Source of the DNA: an uncultured bacterium
GTDB taxonomy: Bacteria; Verrucomicrobiota; Verrucomicrobiia; Verrucomicrobiales; DEV007
Assembly (NCBI GenBank): GCA_963977015.1
Contig: CAXBMO010000012.1
Span: forward strand, 64,001 to 128,000
Length of the DNA stretch: 64,000 nt
Direction: 5' to 3'
A model generated the notes under the pieces. The model worked only from the letters and a program-made list of their open reading frames with translations. It was not told the origin of the DNA and did no database searches. This document shows, piece after piece, positions 41,201 through 45,002 of the stretch (the first letter of the stretch is position 1; each line of letters opens with the position of its first letter). The position numbers and the translations under genes were made by a program.

Positions 41201-43849
41201 ATCACGTATCGCGATGTGGAGCAGCTCAATGTGAATCTGGGCAGCGGCAGCGACACCTTCACCATCAATTCGGTGGGCGCGGATCTGCTGCTCGATCTCG
41301 GCGACGGGGACGACCAGGTCGACATCCTCAACGACAGCGGCGCGATCACCGATTCAATCACGATTCTCGGCCAGGACGGCGACGACGACGTGATTGGCGA
41401 TACCGCGACGATGGTCGATACCTTCACCTTCGACGGCGGAGAGGGGATCGATGATCTGGAGCTGACCAACTTCACGATCACCGGAGCGGCCGGCGATGTG
41501 GACGAAGCGAGCGGCGACGGGATCTACGGATTGAATCTTCAAAACGTCACCATCACGGAAAGTTCCTTCAGCGAAAGCACGGTCGCCGGGATTCGGCTCG
41601 AAACGATCGGCGGCGACGTCGAGATCACCGATACCACGGTCGAGTTGAACGGCGAGCAGGGAATTTCGATGGAGGACGTTACCGGTGACGTGACCCTCAC
41701 CACGGTCCAGGCGCTGGAGAATGGCACGGCTCTGGAAGAGATGCGGAAGGACGGAGTTTACATCCTGAATCTGGACGGCACGTTGACGGTCGACGATAGC
41801 GAATTTTCGGACAACGAGGGCCACGGTCTCTACGTCGAGAATGGCACGTCCATCATCGTCTCAGGCACGCTTGCCTCTGGAAACGCCGAAGACGGGTTCA
41901 ACTTCCTGAACGTGGGGTCGGTTGAATTCGATACGGTCGAAACGCAGGGCAACCAGAACGGAGTTTACATCGAGAACGCCTCGTCGTTCCGCGATTCCAG
42001 CGGGCGCCACGATTCCAACCGGGAAGACGGCATCTCGCTGATGTCGGTCAGCGGTTCGGTTGCGTTCAACAACACCACCGCGTCCGGCAATTTGTCGAAC
42101 GGCGTTTACGCGACGAACGTGGGCGGCGTTAATCTTCAAGGCGTCACGTTGAGTGGGAACGGCAGCCGGGGCCTCCTCGTGGAAGGCGGCGGAAACGTGG
42201 ACATTTCCAAGAGCAGCGCCAGCGGCAATGGCGAAGTCGGGTTCGAACTGCAGGATGTCAGCGACATTACCCTCAAGAACGTGGAAGCGACGAAGAACGG
42301 CACCGGACTTCTCGTCGAGAGCGCGCGCTCGCTCGAGGACGTCGGAGGGAGCTATGAGGCGAACCGGAAAGACGGGATGAACCTGCGGAAGCTGCGGTCC
42401 GTGGAGCTGACCCAGACCACTGCGAGTGGCAATGGCGGCAACGGGATTCAGATCTCCAACCTCAGCGGTGATCTGACCGTGTTGCAGGGCACCTTTATCG
42501 GGAACAGCCTCACCGGCCTTGCCGTCAGTGGGGTTCGCGGGATTCGTATCTCCAATACCCAATCGACCGGCAACGGTTCGAAAGGCTACGATTTGGGGAA
42601 CGCAAGCAGCGTCAATCTGGTTAGTGTCGTCGGCAGTCAGAACGGTTATATCGGTCTCGTTGTTGAGAACGCGGGCAGCTTCTCCGACCTCAACGGTGAC
42701 TATAATTTCAACGGAGTCGGGGGCGTGTTCCTCATGAACATCCCGGTCGCGGATCTGACCGGAACGTCGTTCGTCGGCAATGGAGTCTTCCCGATTCAGA
42801 TGATTAACGTGGGGCTTGCCACCTTCCTCGACGTGGAGTGGGACGACGAACTGGAAGGCGCCAGGGTCGGCACCATCGTCCTGGGGCCGGGCGATTACCG
42901 GATCGAAGATTTTGAGAACGTCGGTGTCGATGAAATCGAGCTGCTGGATGGAGCGACGTTGCTCGGCAATGGTGAGACCAGCGCCACGATCACCACTCAC
43001 GAAGGTTCTCGTCTGGCGCCAGGAATTTACGAGCCGGGGATTATTCGTTCGCACGGCGTCACCTTTGAGAAAGGCTCCACCTTTGAAGTCCAGATTGGTG
43101 GGCTTACCGCCGGAGTTGGGGCAGGATTCCACGATCAACTTCAAGTGGTAGGTTCGGTCGTGATCGAGAACGCAACCCTCGAGCTGTTGGCCTTTGGTGG
43201 ATTCCAACCTTCGTTCGGACAGGATTACGTGATCATCGACAACGATGGCTCTGACGCTGTGAAGGGGAATTTCGAGGGACTTGAAGAAGGAGCCTCGATT
43301 TCGCAGTTCCTCGGATCGAGGATCAGTGCCCGAATCAGCTACGAAGGTGGCGACGGAAACGATGTCGTTGTTTCAACGCTCGTCCCCGGAGAGCTGATGC
43401 GTTATCTGGAGGAAGAAGGGTTTGATCGTTTCGATCTGTTGGGGAGAAATGATTTGCTGAGCGACCGCTGGATGTCCGGTAACATTTTTGCTGGATTTGC
43501 CGCTTACGGATCGCTTGGGATTCAATCTCCGCTCTTGGCTGGAGCGGTCGCTCCCGGCACCTCGGTATATATTACCCTTTACGGCGAAAATGGGATGATC
43601 GTGGGACAGCAGTTGGCGACGGCCGACGCTTCTGGAAACTGGGTTGCCGTGATGCATGGAGCAAACGTCTCCGGGCAGGTTACGAGAGCCTCGATTCAGA
43701 CGACTTCAGCCGATGGCGCCTTGGTCTACTTCGATTCTTACTTCGTGAATTTCGGGACGAACTCAAATGGATCGGCCTTCTCCGTGGGGGATCTGGATAT
43801 TACCGGAAGACTGGTGAGTCCAGTTGACCAGGCCCTCGATAACGGGTGA
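17207..43849 (+). CDS. Giant (8880 aa) LEPR-xLL-motif secreted adhesin/surface protein
   Basis: Basic N-terminus with no hydrophobic signal, FEPLEPRLLFSA at aa 31-42, then a P/E linker. Followed by long A/S/T/G/D-rich beta-helical repeats, GGxGxD RTX-like repeats (~38700-39700, ~41230-41460), three Calx-beta-like domains (~39870-40860), right-handed beta-helix repeats (~41500-42830) and an autotransporter-passenger-like domain (~42950-43380). No Cys seen by eye. Confidence 0.95.
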   Translation: MTDRKRFSLRQRLRNLKSRLKDGSEEDRVRFEPLEPRLLFSASPVPTEVEPEPSQEPPAVEIAPEGEAVSEDQIPENAPSEVPEEAAPDPVEETIPDSVAEATHFEIEGEAALEDLINLEGGEQGVPEKIVVYGSDETDDFLRIDLGQTDQILDLTYHGGAGGYDTMEITGVAIGSYTPGAVYGDGIITAGKSIFRFTGLEPVIIDGSGLADSSFTFTTPGGADDLVIDNPAEGQNRIRGLSGGTPFEEIIFSNVKNLTIDAASNDVAGDQDDSITFSGPLVATGLQTVTVQTGAGNDTITVQSDFVSANGNTVAVTLDAGDGEDTILGPSLDTVWTVNGRNAGEVAGIEFSNVENLTGAADNEDVFVFTESGSLSGVIAGGDRGFDTLELDGGTFDSVTFTAFSPDAGTVERDSDLITYVGLEPITDNTSTTDRVIGMSNDADTDAVLTGTATTMTLDGSTFEGITFLNPSSSLTIQGLDGEDTITINSFSSGFMGDLTIEAEHIVVSSAATINTAGNVTLRAAAQNSGSTVMSASVSVEGSITAAALEISAATDGSITLGSSTDLVATNTYAESATATISGGTINANSLVLSATTSTDYTATAFAAQNVITGAVTASIENSSSVTTSGAVSVSATDESFLTASAPERLIDVSGGLPASVEIAAARNSLTRDVTAYVSASTVTANNGDITVEATKSAKASAKAETIALSSGVPVVIPDSLSFGGTYSSNTLLGDTKAYVTLGSTLETTVAGDIAVSARDESAADSRSGASATAQTASVSLDGVGGSVGASIAFNAIGWDTGAGFMTLDALLGTGLGTESTNEVQAYVTDSDVDSADDVSISAEAATLINATVSNAAETTASSLFGSSGSATSAVVASNKISISSEAFIADQVDGGTTEVDAGGDLTVQATDNSGILSNARVVSSSITTSDGGADVLQGMMRDLLDADFEPVSAPTNVQAIAFGEKVRLADDFATPDFQSDAFGLQNVEAGDVVQLADDFDGSGTAGATYRYTGTTDDLDLGSEDYDTANWIGISGTNSSVYEYLGQDASLDLNGQRYTNLDTWKEVVGTNLIPQGFSLTESNSYAIGGLVVLNELTAEVEAYVSKASADAGGDFSITATENATIRATADSSASVTGGSAFGGGTAMAVNGTIATNLVLSSSNAYISEGEVTSGGDLSISASNTSVINAITKQSTSTGADGTGILLAFNTIGWEAQDVFTRTLDALLRTSIGTEDAAVTSAYIEKSDVDATGDLSVTATSEAQLTAKVSNDSTAAAGALFGADASTVTGVLASNMVNTEASATIDNDAANPAFEIGAGGGITVSASDDAEILANTGLKATASATNLGGTGILNDLASQLMGDYDYTSNSGSQNVEFGDLVRLAGGEGGTTDYAGGGEAGAIYEFMGTAALGTALNLGTTDYTNKRLWKKLNTDNVIPKDIAQTALRAAGLGIGEADALSGLISRNDVRSAVTATIQNATVNAADGDIQVLATEEASIDATDTSVIQAKTGKGGVIVTNLVLSSANASIVDSTINNTSTAGDVIVQAENSARIDATATSQVSGAKETVGFVVSMNTVGWEAQDLLTGTFDTLIGSPATATLFGLETPVEARAFVTDSTVTATGDLSVTATNEAQLNATTGNESSTSTTNSFAIDAKFGKKGMAAGGILASNKVSSGAYAYISETLSGTTVINVNGDVTVSSQDLAGVDSNSEVSVQSVTTNNLDALRDAAGILGLDDYQYTTGSGTQTVSDGLRVFVEDGYGGVSDGEGVYVYVGDDVELDLSTADYDEASGWSKMEQADFEDLLFPNLGNLTDSDSRAYGGMVVYNEVRSDVDAYIADATVTTQNGDVSVTATENAQLRAFAETNIQSSGGSFIGSGDSIARNIQIVTNAMLSSADAHISDSVITTAVSGDVIVDASNISGIDATILSSTTTGDETESLTVGFNTMGYLPLGILFNTVEALIGDPVVSDAFAQTPAEVKASITDSDVNAADDVTVTAEGAAQLNATVSNAATSEASALFNAEGKGYGGTLASNKVSTSTEAFIDNADAPGGYAIDAGKSVTVTAEDNAGMFANTKIVVASSTSNDGGAAVIQETINDVVPADYESDPDDTLTTKIRSLELGKRVRLADDYGTADLSMSGDPVAVSTGSVVQLPDDFAGDGSPGAKYRYVGSGDTVTLTDVDYDTDADWVEINGDAGSVYEYLGNEVIGANQDLNAQRYENLDIWKEVPISNLLPQGNNITPSNSRAVGGLIVANQVRGEANAYITDATVSAADGDITVSATENAEMIANVDNTATSSGGSAFGEGESLAINGTIATNVVLSSATAHITDSTVTASDADAGDGEALGNVTVSATQSSTLDAETMSMLSTGDTGYGFVLAFNSMGWNPQNVLFNTIDALLGDPLISDAFDGQTPAKAKAYITNSTINAAEEVEVSAVNVAQLDAEVGNESTSAASALFDASGKVVAGMLTSNKVSSGAEAYIDHASTRVISGGGLTVTADDNASIVSTNSLKALSSTSNDGGLSIAADLALSILGDYNYTSNSGTVTLQTGDEVRLSGGDGGTADYANGGNAGSVYRYTGDAASINLGTTNYSTGPWTELIDYAAIMQEFTDTVGEFVPLNVTSSDSEGYGGLVVMNDVRSDVVSYIESADVDVAGMLTVEARERSTIEATNNSTVTSDGGSITGEGSSIAVSGIIATNVVLSSAVAHIGNGADVVTTDGGDVVVEAENTSTLNSSVENITESKGTSVGVTLAFNTIGIESQNFLFNTVDTLFGTDIAEEDPAEVRAYIDNASVVAAGGIRIDTSAETDIDATTENSARSIVASLGENTTISIGAVVSLNKLSTLNQAYVDNSETIQANGGDITLSAEDISAIDSTVEATSIAVAAGVDSSTSVAVGLSVARNEIRNDLSAFIDNSGTVGTPVIASGGLSVSANQSATIDATSKATAVAVAASLSDSALGFSAGGATAVNVILGGGNAYVSNSFLQTAGAVGLSAIHTSSIDSKVAATAVSVALGSGNAPAIAIGFSLARNLIGWSDLDTSDPLEVLAYLENTTLTAGGGLTVTSSSTAMITSEIEATSVAVAGSAKSAAALTAAGLETTNKISSLIKAYIDGGAAVEAANITMSATDSSTITADAQAAAVGASLSGKSGGALSIGVSLARNTIENEVEAYIKDTGSVVTNGGNLELTASENADIEATSVAAAISVGIAAGGTGFALSGGGAESTNVILSRANAYLEGTVLGSSGNKVGDVTLTTSSNSAITATVAAVAASVTFGSSAGVGASIGASVARNTIGWRSSSIAATYDSHEDEPATLTTLDTVEITDGPRAGDVYRYLGPTKSGIIDLTTEDYSDGDVWERIGLNKSAAEIRSYVDDSTIFSAGDLTLDADSTQSIDATVLAGSAALAAGGRAGVALSGAFVSADNKIATDVKAFVDGDGTGGIEAASATLTADDASGISAFAGAASLAASVGGNAGVSVSIGLSIANNEVDNDVAAYIANAGDGFTTTAGDVSVQATSQGNHLFDLDLSGTSFSAADLDDASKADQDDPETGTDEFDVDATADTAILNAVRSEFSTEGVTLNGELKISALAEGNDTGNSGWVLVDEDGESYFLTKSGSTLSVSQSTINAVSAAASVAAGFGGTAGIAFSGAGAVATNVVLTKTNAYLDSSSVESFDDVIITAGSTSTISSTIVAASLAVGGGGSAGVGASIGVAVARNFIGYDGDGDKDAAQVRAYIADSSVDAGGNLTQTAVAGQSISALVLSGSVAVGAGGSAGVGISGSGVYAENRIGVDVKSFIDGDGAEGIKADIVSLSATDSSTISAFAGAASLAASFGGSAGVSFSVGVSLAKNTITSEIEAGILNADTGVESRTGGITLTADESATISVVSAAASLAAGFGGSVGLAVSGAGAESTNYIMSKTNAYLTDSILDSAGNVLLDAENSATINSFVLAASFSASVGGTAGIGASIGVAIARNLIGWDPDSSSITPTYTTDEDTATLATNQTVKIARGARAGDVYKYIGSNITDGDPSEDGNQEVDLSLQNYQDTSLWEQINLSSAPMEVLAYVEDSSIDAEGDLTQTATSTQKIDTTVFAGSAAISGGGVAGVGLSGAGASAENKIGANVKAYISGVDPAGAGASGIEADNVTLTAIDGSTIEATVGTASLAAGIGGIAGVAVSVGVSLALNEISNEVEAFIEDAQKNANEGVTARAGDISLSATENATIDATSVAVSAAVGAGFVGVGFSAAGADAINVINTKTNSYAEDSHLIAFRDVILDAENTASIDATVRGVSAAVGGGAVGVGVAIGTALAENYLGWGDDGDDPLAEIQSFIHDSSVYAGRDLTLSADAEATINAEVNVDSVALGGGLVGVAAAGAGADVDNKLSAAVRSYIEGNLGLGISAGDEITLSAVDDSTITSFAQASSIAGSFGAFGGSASIGVSLADNTIRNQVEAYIEDAEIGSLEKDVEFFVGEFGLSTSEFDTVTETHGLLTGNFELVTRDYLALISDELDSLAEDYGLSQDEQNLFDITASNYALFGLSEEQFDDLEASLALIVSNLGLTQSEFDGIVAEYDAIVAQIDFLSGDVSLNAGETATITSRSQATAVAGSVSLGVTLAGGGANSSATVLTGTRAYIDNSTLVAGGDLDVVATTDSSSSSRVETTSASFGLIAAAASGSVANATVNPETEAYLSDSDITAEAIQVAANSTPEAVTNARGFTVSTGVSVGVSKATSTVSSTVNSYVGGAGNTITGDSLSILSTNSLPSSGTSANAEAVGSAGGLLLGVDATVSSVSNSSQVRSYVVNGTDLVISGATVLQASNQTKQYGNASSDAYGLIAAGITKATATANTTTEAYLGSGVDLTGGSLSIVATSTDNNYAETTAGAGGVVSGAAAEPKTVNNATVTAEIRDGSAGREIDLTGSGTGELEISASHTATFNSRVKTTAAGFLSGAGADSDHDIVSMVTAAIGDDATVTAKGVMMDAVNLIDKPAVASSGSAGDSNLYGTAKALVAGAGADSDTDLSLVTHVNIGDDASVTVVGESSNDDVFNLRAYNQINAQDKVTFAASGLAAGASATTTIRTLVDEAKIVIGEGAELTSSGRIEMSARGSGTVVVRTNAEGNGGVGVVAGSSRVDIKPHNEVSIEAGAHLLADGDIRLSAGRSGDFESDFYTLISRFDSYSSAAIPVDDINAYSFILQDNLITVDTGALLQTAREARLHAERLGFNSMEVGAVGHSWAANAFNAALAFDDGESHSEAHATVRMDGTVETGIQRIQSLTLDGWDSETGEITDSTVVGNVSFTVSQEVLESSLVRELQFAQDQIAQYPNNTTLVTFYQSEVNRISAELASLGLLDLDAPEGVISSNEQYVMTVTVDPVYAEAGKIDIRTDQTTGSGTWIAPGDASVTITNNTPAFLKIKGVTIPEENGGLFINGEEVADNDDIVDWNNRSATDDNLFNQFEGNVTPATATFAAVPDNEESTPTITIENALNVNTVETTDESYPWPDVTIVGASEGGIGISAPRAHLTLSTHPLPGNGDIIINNEIITATQTIIAGGTLTIDGVSQQNVEGAPYTAWAAATNGPYGVDSEGHAAGYADWVTAASGTEVASVFGQEPNSNFGLYADKIYIRAEYLNVNGIIQSGYEDFSLTLDGDTETEIASLRSQGGDRIYLPDASAASKHFSVFYIKSTDTIQVEELVVSGGYIDLEGHILNTANGKIRLLGGYGKIEVTNNTDHNLQIEELDASKRGAGTLIIKDKAKGTSSDPHVTIYTKDENGITVQQDDGSVATGSSLASLTVSGGGTSDFSQYQTEGGWRFGWAVGLTQLEISRAVKKSSSWLFIPLGSSFSGPWQSVEVEGQPTLKEQSGYFFRDTGITEAYTYGKVTINDPQPVQMTQTTHTTWYGKKTITAYYSQKVGQDITHTHTIDADRPIDIEFMGYDEGEVTVTSTGSGSVDVRGAIANASGETTITSEGAITTTGSGAYIGGRRVELSAETGIGEAEEAPLQTRVTDTPSQSFNGGLIFDSVDSGLDTITRAGSWLIDGFAAGQTLTISGSNLNDGIYTIESVAGSILTVAAGNSLQDESNSDVSALAVGDIPDSLPSSLKATTTEGGIFIAEQLGDIAIDQVVTGSGNVVIQSNGAITVGKQNSSTFYEGLVQGDSVTLEADNGGVGNGEARPLVIDSAISGGLNDKVNVTAADDVFLKEKSGDLRIEKITSQGDVYLEVTSGDLVDLNEDETRDERTYNELKGGVWADLSLTADGGALEKIEAAKVEQASFRESEYRTYWQFRDTQSDSSTYDAAHVVSLTAEEDTFYRTELGYDDAAIETLENSRTTQYHQLNDFYGAFGDTFDADFTYTLSAAEDSALESGFKVWTEEELLYSISSGLLKTVTDTTVSEEDPNIVANDIKLVVGGGVGQTNGTMDIDMEVLRTAPAEGSMSFSGDTLSFSGSSWDALGFAVGQQIFIEGSDSNNGAYLIESVAGDTLNLNYTDDDGVVQDASFTAETDDLRVAITLTDEQRVTLAASERTDVSYLASAPINAVVTFVANSGSGATITRVSGEDFSGFSAGDVIAISGNSGNSTEGLQTYEIDSVAGDVITFASAVDFVAESAVSIEMSNIILDPETDGDSIAIGRINLVEDIDIQASGTVTVDADEQVFLGSESNVSVQSIEAGDATTGDEIRVKTGLSILSADQSVTNVRGGEVILEAAEGAIGVEDGEVRTNLVGDGNLTARASEDIRIVEVEGDLPVGSIYSKTGGAYLRATDGSIIDGYDHEFTNIQSNLVELSASEGIGEEDNSLDINVAVSPGDTVDAIGTGTIKATADSDIYLTETNGSMNVRNILSESGDVELRADAFIVDAVDLVDPSDPDSAHDDGPDSNPRADVIGNHVTLIAGLGGAGGIGIAGNDLDIDTSYSGTGSLTASSQLNNIYLIETAADGDGTLDEDLVLYEIAANGVDTDDFVETAFITAPLGRILNGNPSGANVTSGKIWLFATMDVGEVDNRISTVAQAIEGKSTSGSFIVNNTGAIEVGGVVSGPVAGYSASGLEAGGSVLFTAASPVTVSENVTAGGEIIIEAHDDDDAEADDLTVQDGITVSSTGDRVVLRGGDDVLIEEGASISAFTGIEIYGDYGNADAGEGSTVRIDGSLSAPTIQISGNTDDDTFNFSPSTLSGDVTILGGDGVDQFLLHDLPNLDVVNRNETDRQTISLDGQEGSDQYTVNLVGEDVDYVINVSDSGSVTDIDSMIINATDEADTILLRKNFVASLNGNAADGFTDDVERINYDSTINARLRINLAGGDDNFVSDDNSTLTTVDGGSGADTFQIGQVFANDRVAPNVAAGDEIETIEVTRGFLTKGISVPMTIYGGDGDDVFSVYSNQAPLRMEGEDGNDEFIIRAFVRADDDSSTSTEEALVEGGGGDDLIHYNINANVSINGGTGFDKVVAIGTELADHFVITENGIFGAGLNITVSNVEEAIEVDGLEGDDTFFVQSTAAGVVTTLIGGLGSDTFNVTGDVNATIHAAEAEGRSGVINHVADSDDPSYEGIAAPGIQLNVADSATTKVVIEKSGSSTTVSEDVDGSVDTYEIYLNEALPDAGAEASITVSAAQSASKELAEGGQTVEISTDGVNFAAALVLTFNAGNWTTHRTIHVRAGSDTVKEGEKNVIVSHSIESNRDVLDGISIANMEVAVFDDDKDELIITESGPSTSVTENGATDTYTVALTHEPAPGETVTVTLNHDDTQLTLSDDTLTFGDEDSANPWNVPQTVTVTAFNDDVVENTIRELITHDVTSTGTFSVSEAPTINVSVTDDDIGGVIVEESGGSTVVVDGGAGDSYTLRLSKEPENPVTVNVLADDQTLVSSADVRFTAAVGDNPPMITFDHTNWNLAVTVDVEANPDFEGGDAQTIKFAVQPHLTNRIQGPLVIEGGTGSGPDRTLAIPVTLPTEDNAPPADLDLTEDESLNRDTVNVFNDDSVADDTGVLTEDNLSGLGMGSDSIVVPGTGGGPDVTIQDGITYRDVEQLNVNLGSGSDTFTINSVGADLLLDLGDGDDQVDILNDSGAITDSITILGQDGDDDVIGDTATMVDTFTFDGGEGIDDLELTNFTITGAAGDVDEASGDGIYGLNLQNVTITESSFSESTVAGIRLETIGGDVEITDTTVELNGEQGISMEDVTGDVTLTTVQALENGTALEEMRKDGVYILNLDGTLTVDDSEFSDNEGHGLYVENGTSIIVSGTLASGNAEDGFNFLNVGSVEFDTVETQGNQNGVYIENASSFRDSSGRHDSNREDGISLMSVSGSVAFNNTTASGNLSNGVYATNVGGVNLQGVTLSGNGSRGLLVEGGGNVDISKSSASGNGEVGFELQDVSDITLKNVEATKNGTGLLVESARSLEDVGGSYEANRKDGMNLRKLRSVELTQTTASGNGGNGIQISNLSGDLTVLQGTFIGNSLTGLAVSGVRGIRISNTQSTGNGSKGYDLGNASSVNLVSVVGSQNGYIGLVVENAGSFSDLNGDYNFNGVGGVFLMNIPVADLTGTSFVGNGVFPIQMINVGLATFLDVEWDDELEGARVGTIVLGPGDYRIEDFENVGVDEIELLDGATLLGNGETSATITTHEGSRLAPGIYEPGIIRSHGVTFEKGSTFEVQIGGLTAGVGAGFHDQLQVVGSVVIENATLELLAFGGFQPSFGQDYVIIDNDGSDAVKGNFEGLEEGASISQFLGSRISARISYEGGDGNDVVVSTLVPGELMRYLEEEGFDRFDLLGRNDLLSDRWMSGNIFAGFAAYGSLGIQSPLLAGAVAPGTSVYITLYGENGMIVGQQLATADASGNWVAVMHGANVSGQVTRASIQTTSADGALVYFDSYFVNFGTNSNGSAFSVGDLDITGRLVSPVDQALDNG
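19560..30150 (+). repeat. Higher-order internal repeats of the giant protein
   Basis: Anchor motif (A/G)FNxxG(W/Y/I) or a close variant at ~19585, 20826, 21923, 23030, 24340 and 25458 (period 1.1-1.3 kb). A(R/E)NxxG(W/Y) at ~26285, 27066, 28340, 29113 and 30125. Confidence 0.85.
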
Positions 43850-43861
43850 TAGGTGATCCTG

Positions 43862-44890
43862 ATGGAACACCCGTATCTCTGCGTTGATGAGTTTTTGACC
43901 GGTGTGGTCGAGACCAGAGCCCTCGTAACTGCATTTGAGGAGGGAGTGGTGGATGCGTTGGTGGCGAGCTCGCAACCCGTTCCTGTTGACGAACTGCGCC
44001 CCAGGAAACTGCGGGATCCGAAAGGGCTGGGTCTCTTGCTCGATATTTTGCGGGCAAATCGAGTGGTGACGATTGATTCCGATGGCGTAAGCCTGACGGC
44101 GTCGTTTCGCAACGCGTTGAAGTTTCGGGATCTCCTTGAGGTGAAAGCCGAATTTGCCCTCTTTTTTGCGTCGGACTGGGTCGACCGGTTTGATCTGCTT
44201 CTTGGCGATCCCGCAAAATTGATGGAGCAGTCTCAAGTGATGAAGCTTTTCGATTACGCAAAAGCCTTCAACGATACCCCGCAAAACTACGAGCACACCC
44301 GCCGCTGGATGCGGTTGACGACGACCCTGACACGCTACGAAGCTGAGGTGATCGCCCCAACCCTGGCCTTGGATTCCTTCCGTGAAATGCTCGATGTCGG
44401 GGGGAATAGCGGTGAATTTGCTCTTCGCTGCTGTAAGCGGGCCCCAACGCTGCGCGCCACGGTGTTTGACCTTCCCTTGGTCTGTCAGATCGGGAGGGAA
44501 CACGTTGCCCGCCATGAGGAGGCCGACCGGATCCAATTCCTCAACGCAAAGAGCCTGAGCGATTTGCGGCCGAAGCAATACGATCTGGTCACGTTCAAAT
44601 CGATGTTGCATGATTGGCCCAATGCGGAGGCAAAAGATTGGCTGCAAAGCGCGGTCGAATGCCTTCAGCCGGGTGGAACACTCCTCATCTTTGAGCGGGT
44701 TGCCTGGAATCTGGAGGCGCGGCACCTGGGGTTTTCCATGATCCCCATCCTGCTGTTTCATCGCTTTTATCGGGAGGCCACGTTTTACGAGGAATTTCTC
44801 GTCCAGCAAGGCTTGACGGACTTGGAATGCCGCATCGTGAATCTGGATACGCCTTTTCTGTGTCTTACGGCGAAAAAACAGGAAAACTAA
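43862..44890 (+). CDS. Class I SAM-dependent O-methyltransferase (methyltransf_2-like)
   Basis: MLDVGGNSG, VFDLP, FKSMLHDWP and LQPGG motifs. ATG 12 nt after the giant gene stop with AGGTGA RBS (alternative GTG at 43853). Confidence 0.9.
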   Translation: MEHPYLCVDEFLTGVVETRALVTAFEEGVVDALVASSQPVPVDELRPRKLRDPKGLGLLLDILRANRVVTIDSDGVSLTASFRNALKFRDLLEVKAEFALFFASDWVDRFDLLLGDPAKLMEQSQVMKLFDYAKAFNDTPQNYEHTRRWMRLTTTLTRYEAEVIAPTLALDSFREMLDVGGNSGEFALRCCKRAPTLRATVFDLPLVCQIGREHVARHEEADRIQFLNAKSLSDLRPKQYDLVTFKSMLHDWPNAEAKDWLQSAVECLQPGGTLLIFERVAWNLEARHLGFSMIPILLFHRFYREATFYEEFLVQQGLTDLECRIVNLDTPFLCLTAKKQEN

Positions 44891-45002
44891 AATCGTCATA
44901 AGTTTCATTTTTCCAATTTGGAGATTTGTTAGAAAGTCTCAGTTTCCCTGACTTGGTAAATGTTAGGGAATTCTTACGAATGCGATTGCATTTTGTGAAA
45001 AC

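Noticed and set aside
42950-43849. Classical autotransporter (type V) assignment
   Set aside because: A passenger-like domain is present, but there is no Sec signal and no C-terminal beta-barrel with terminal aromatic residue.
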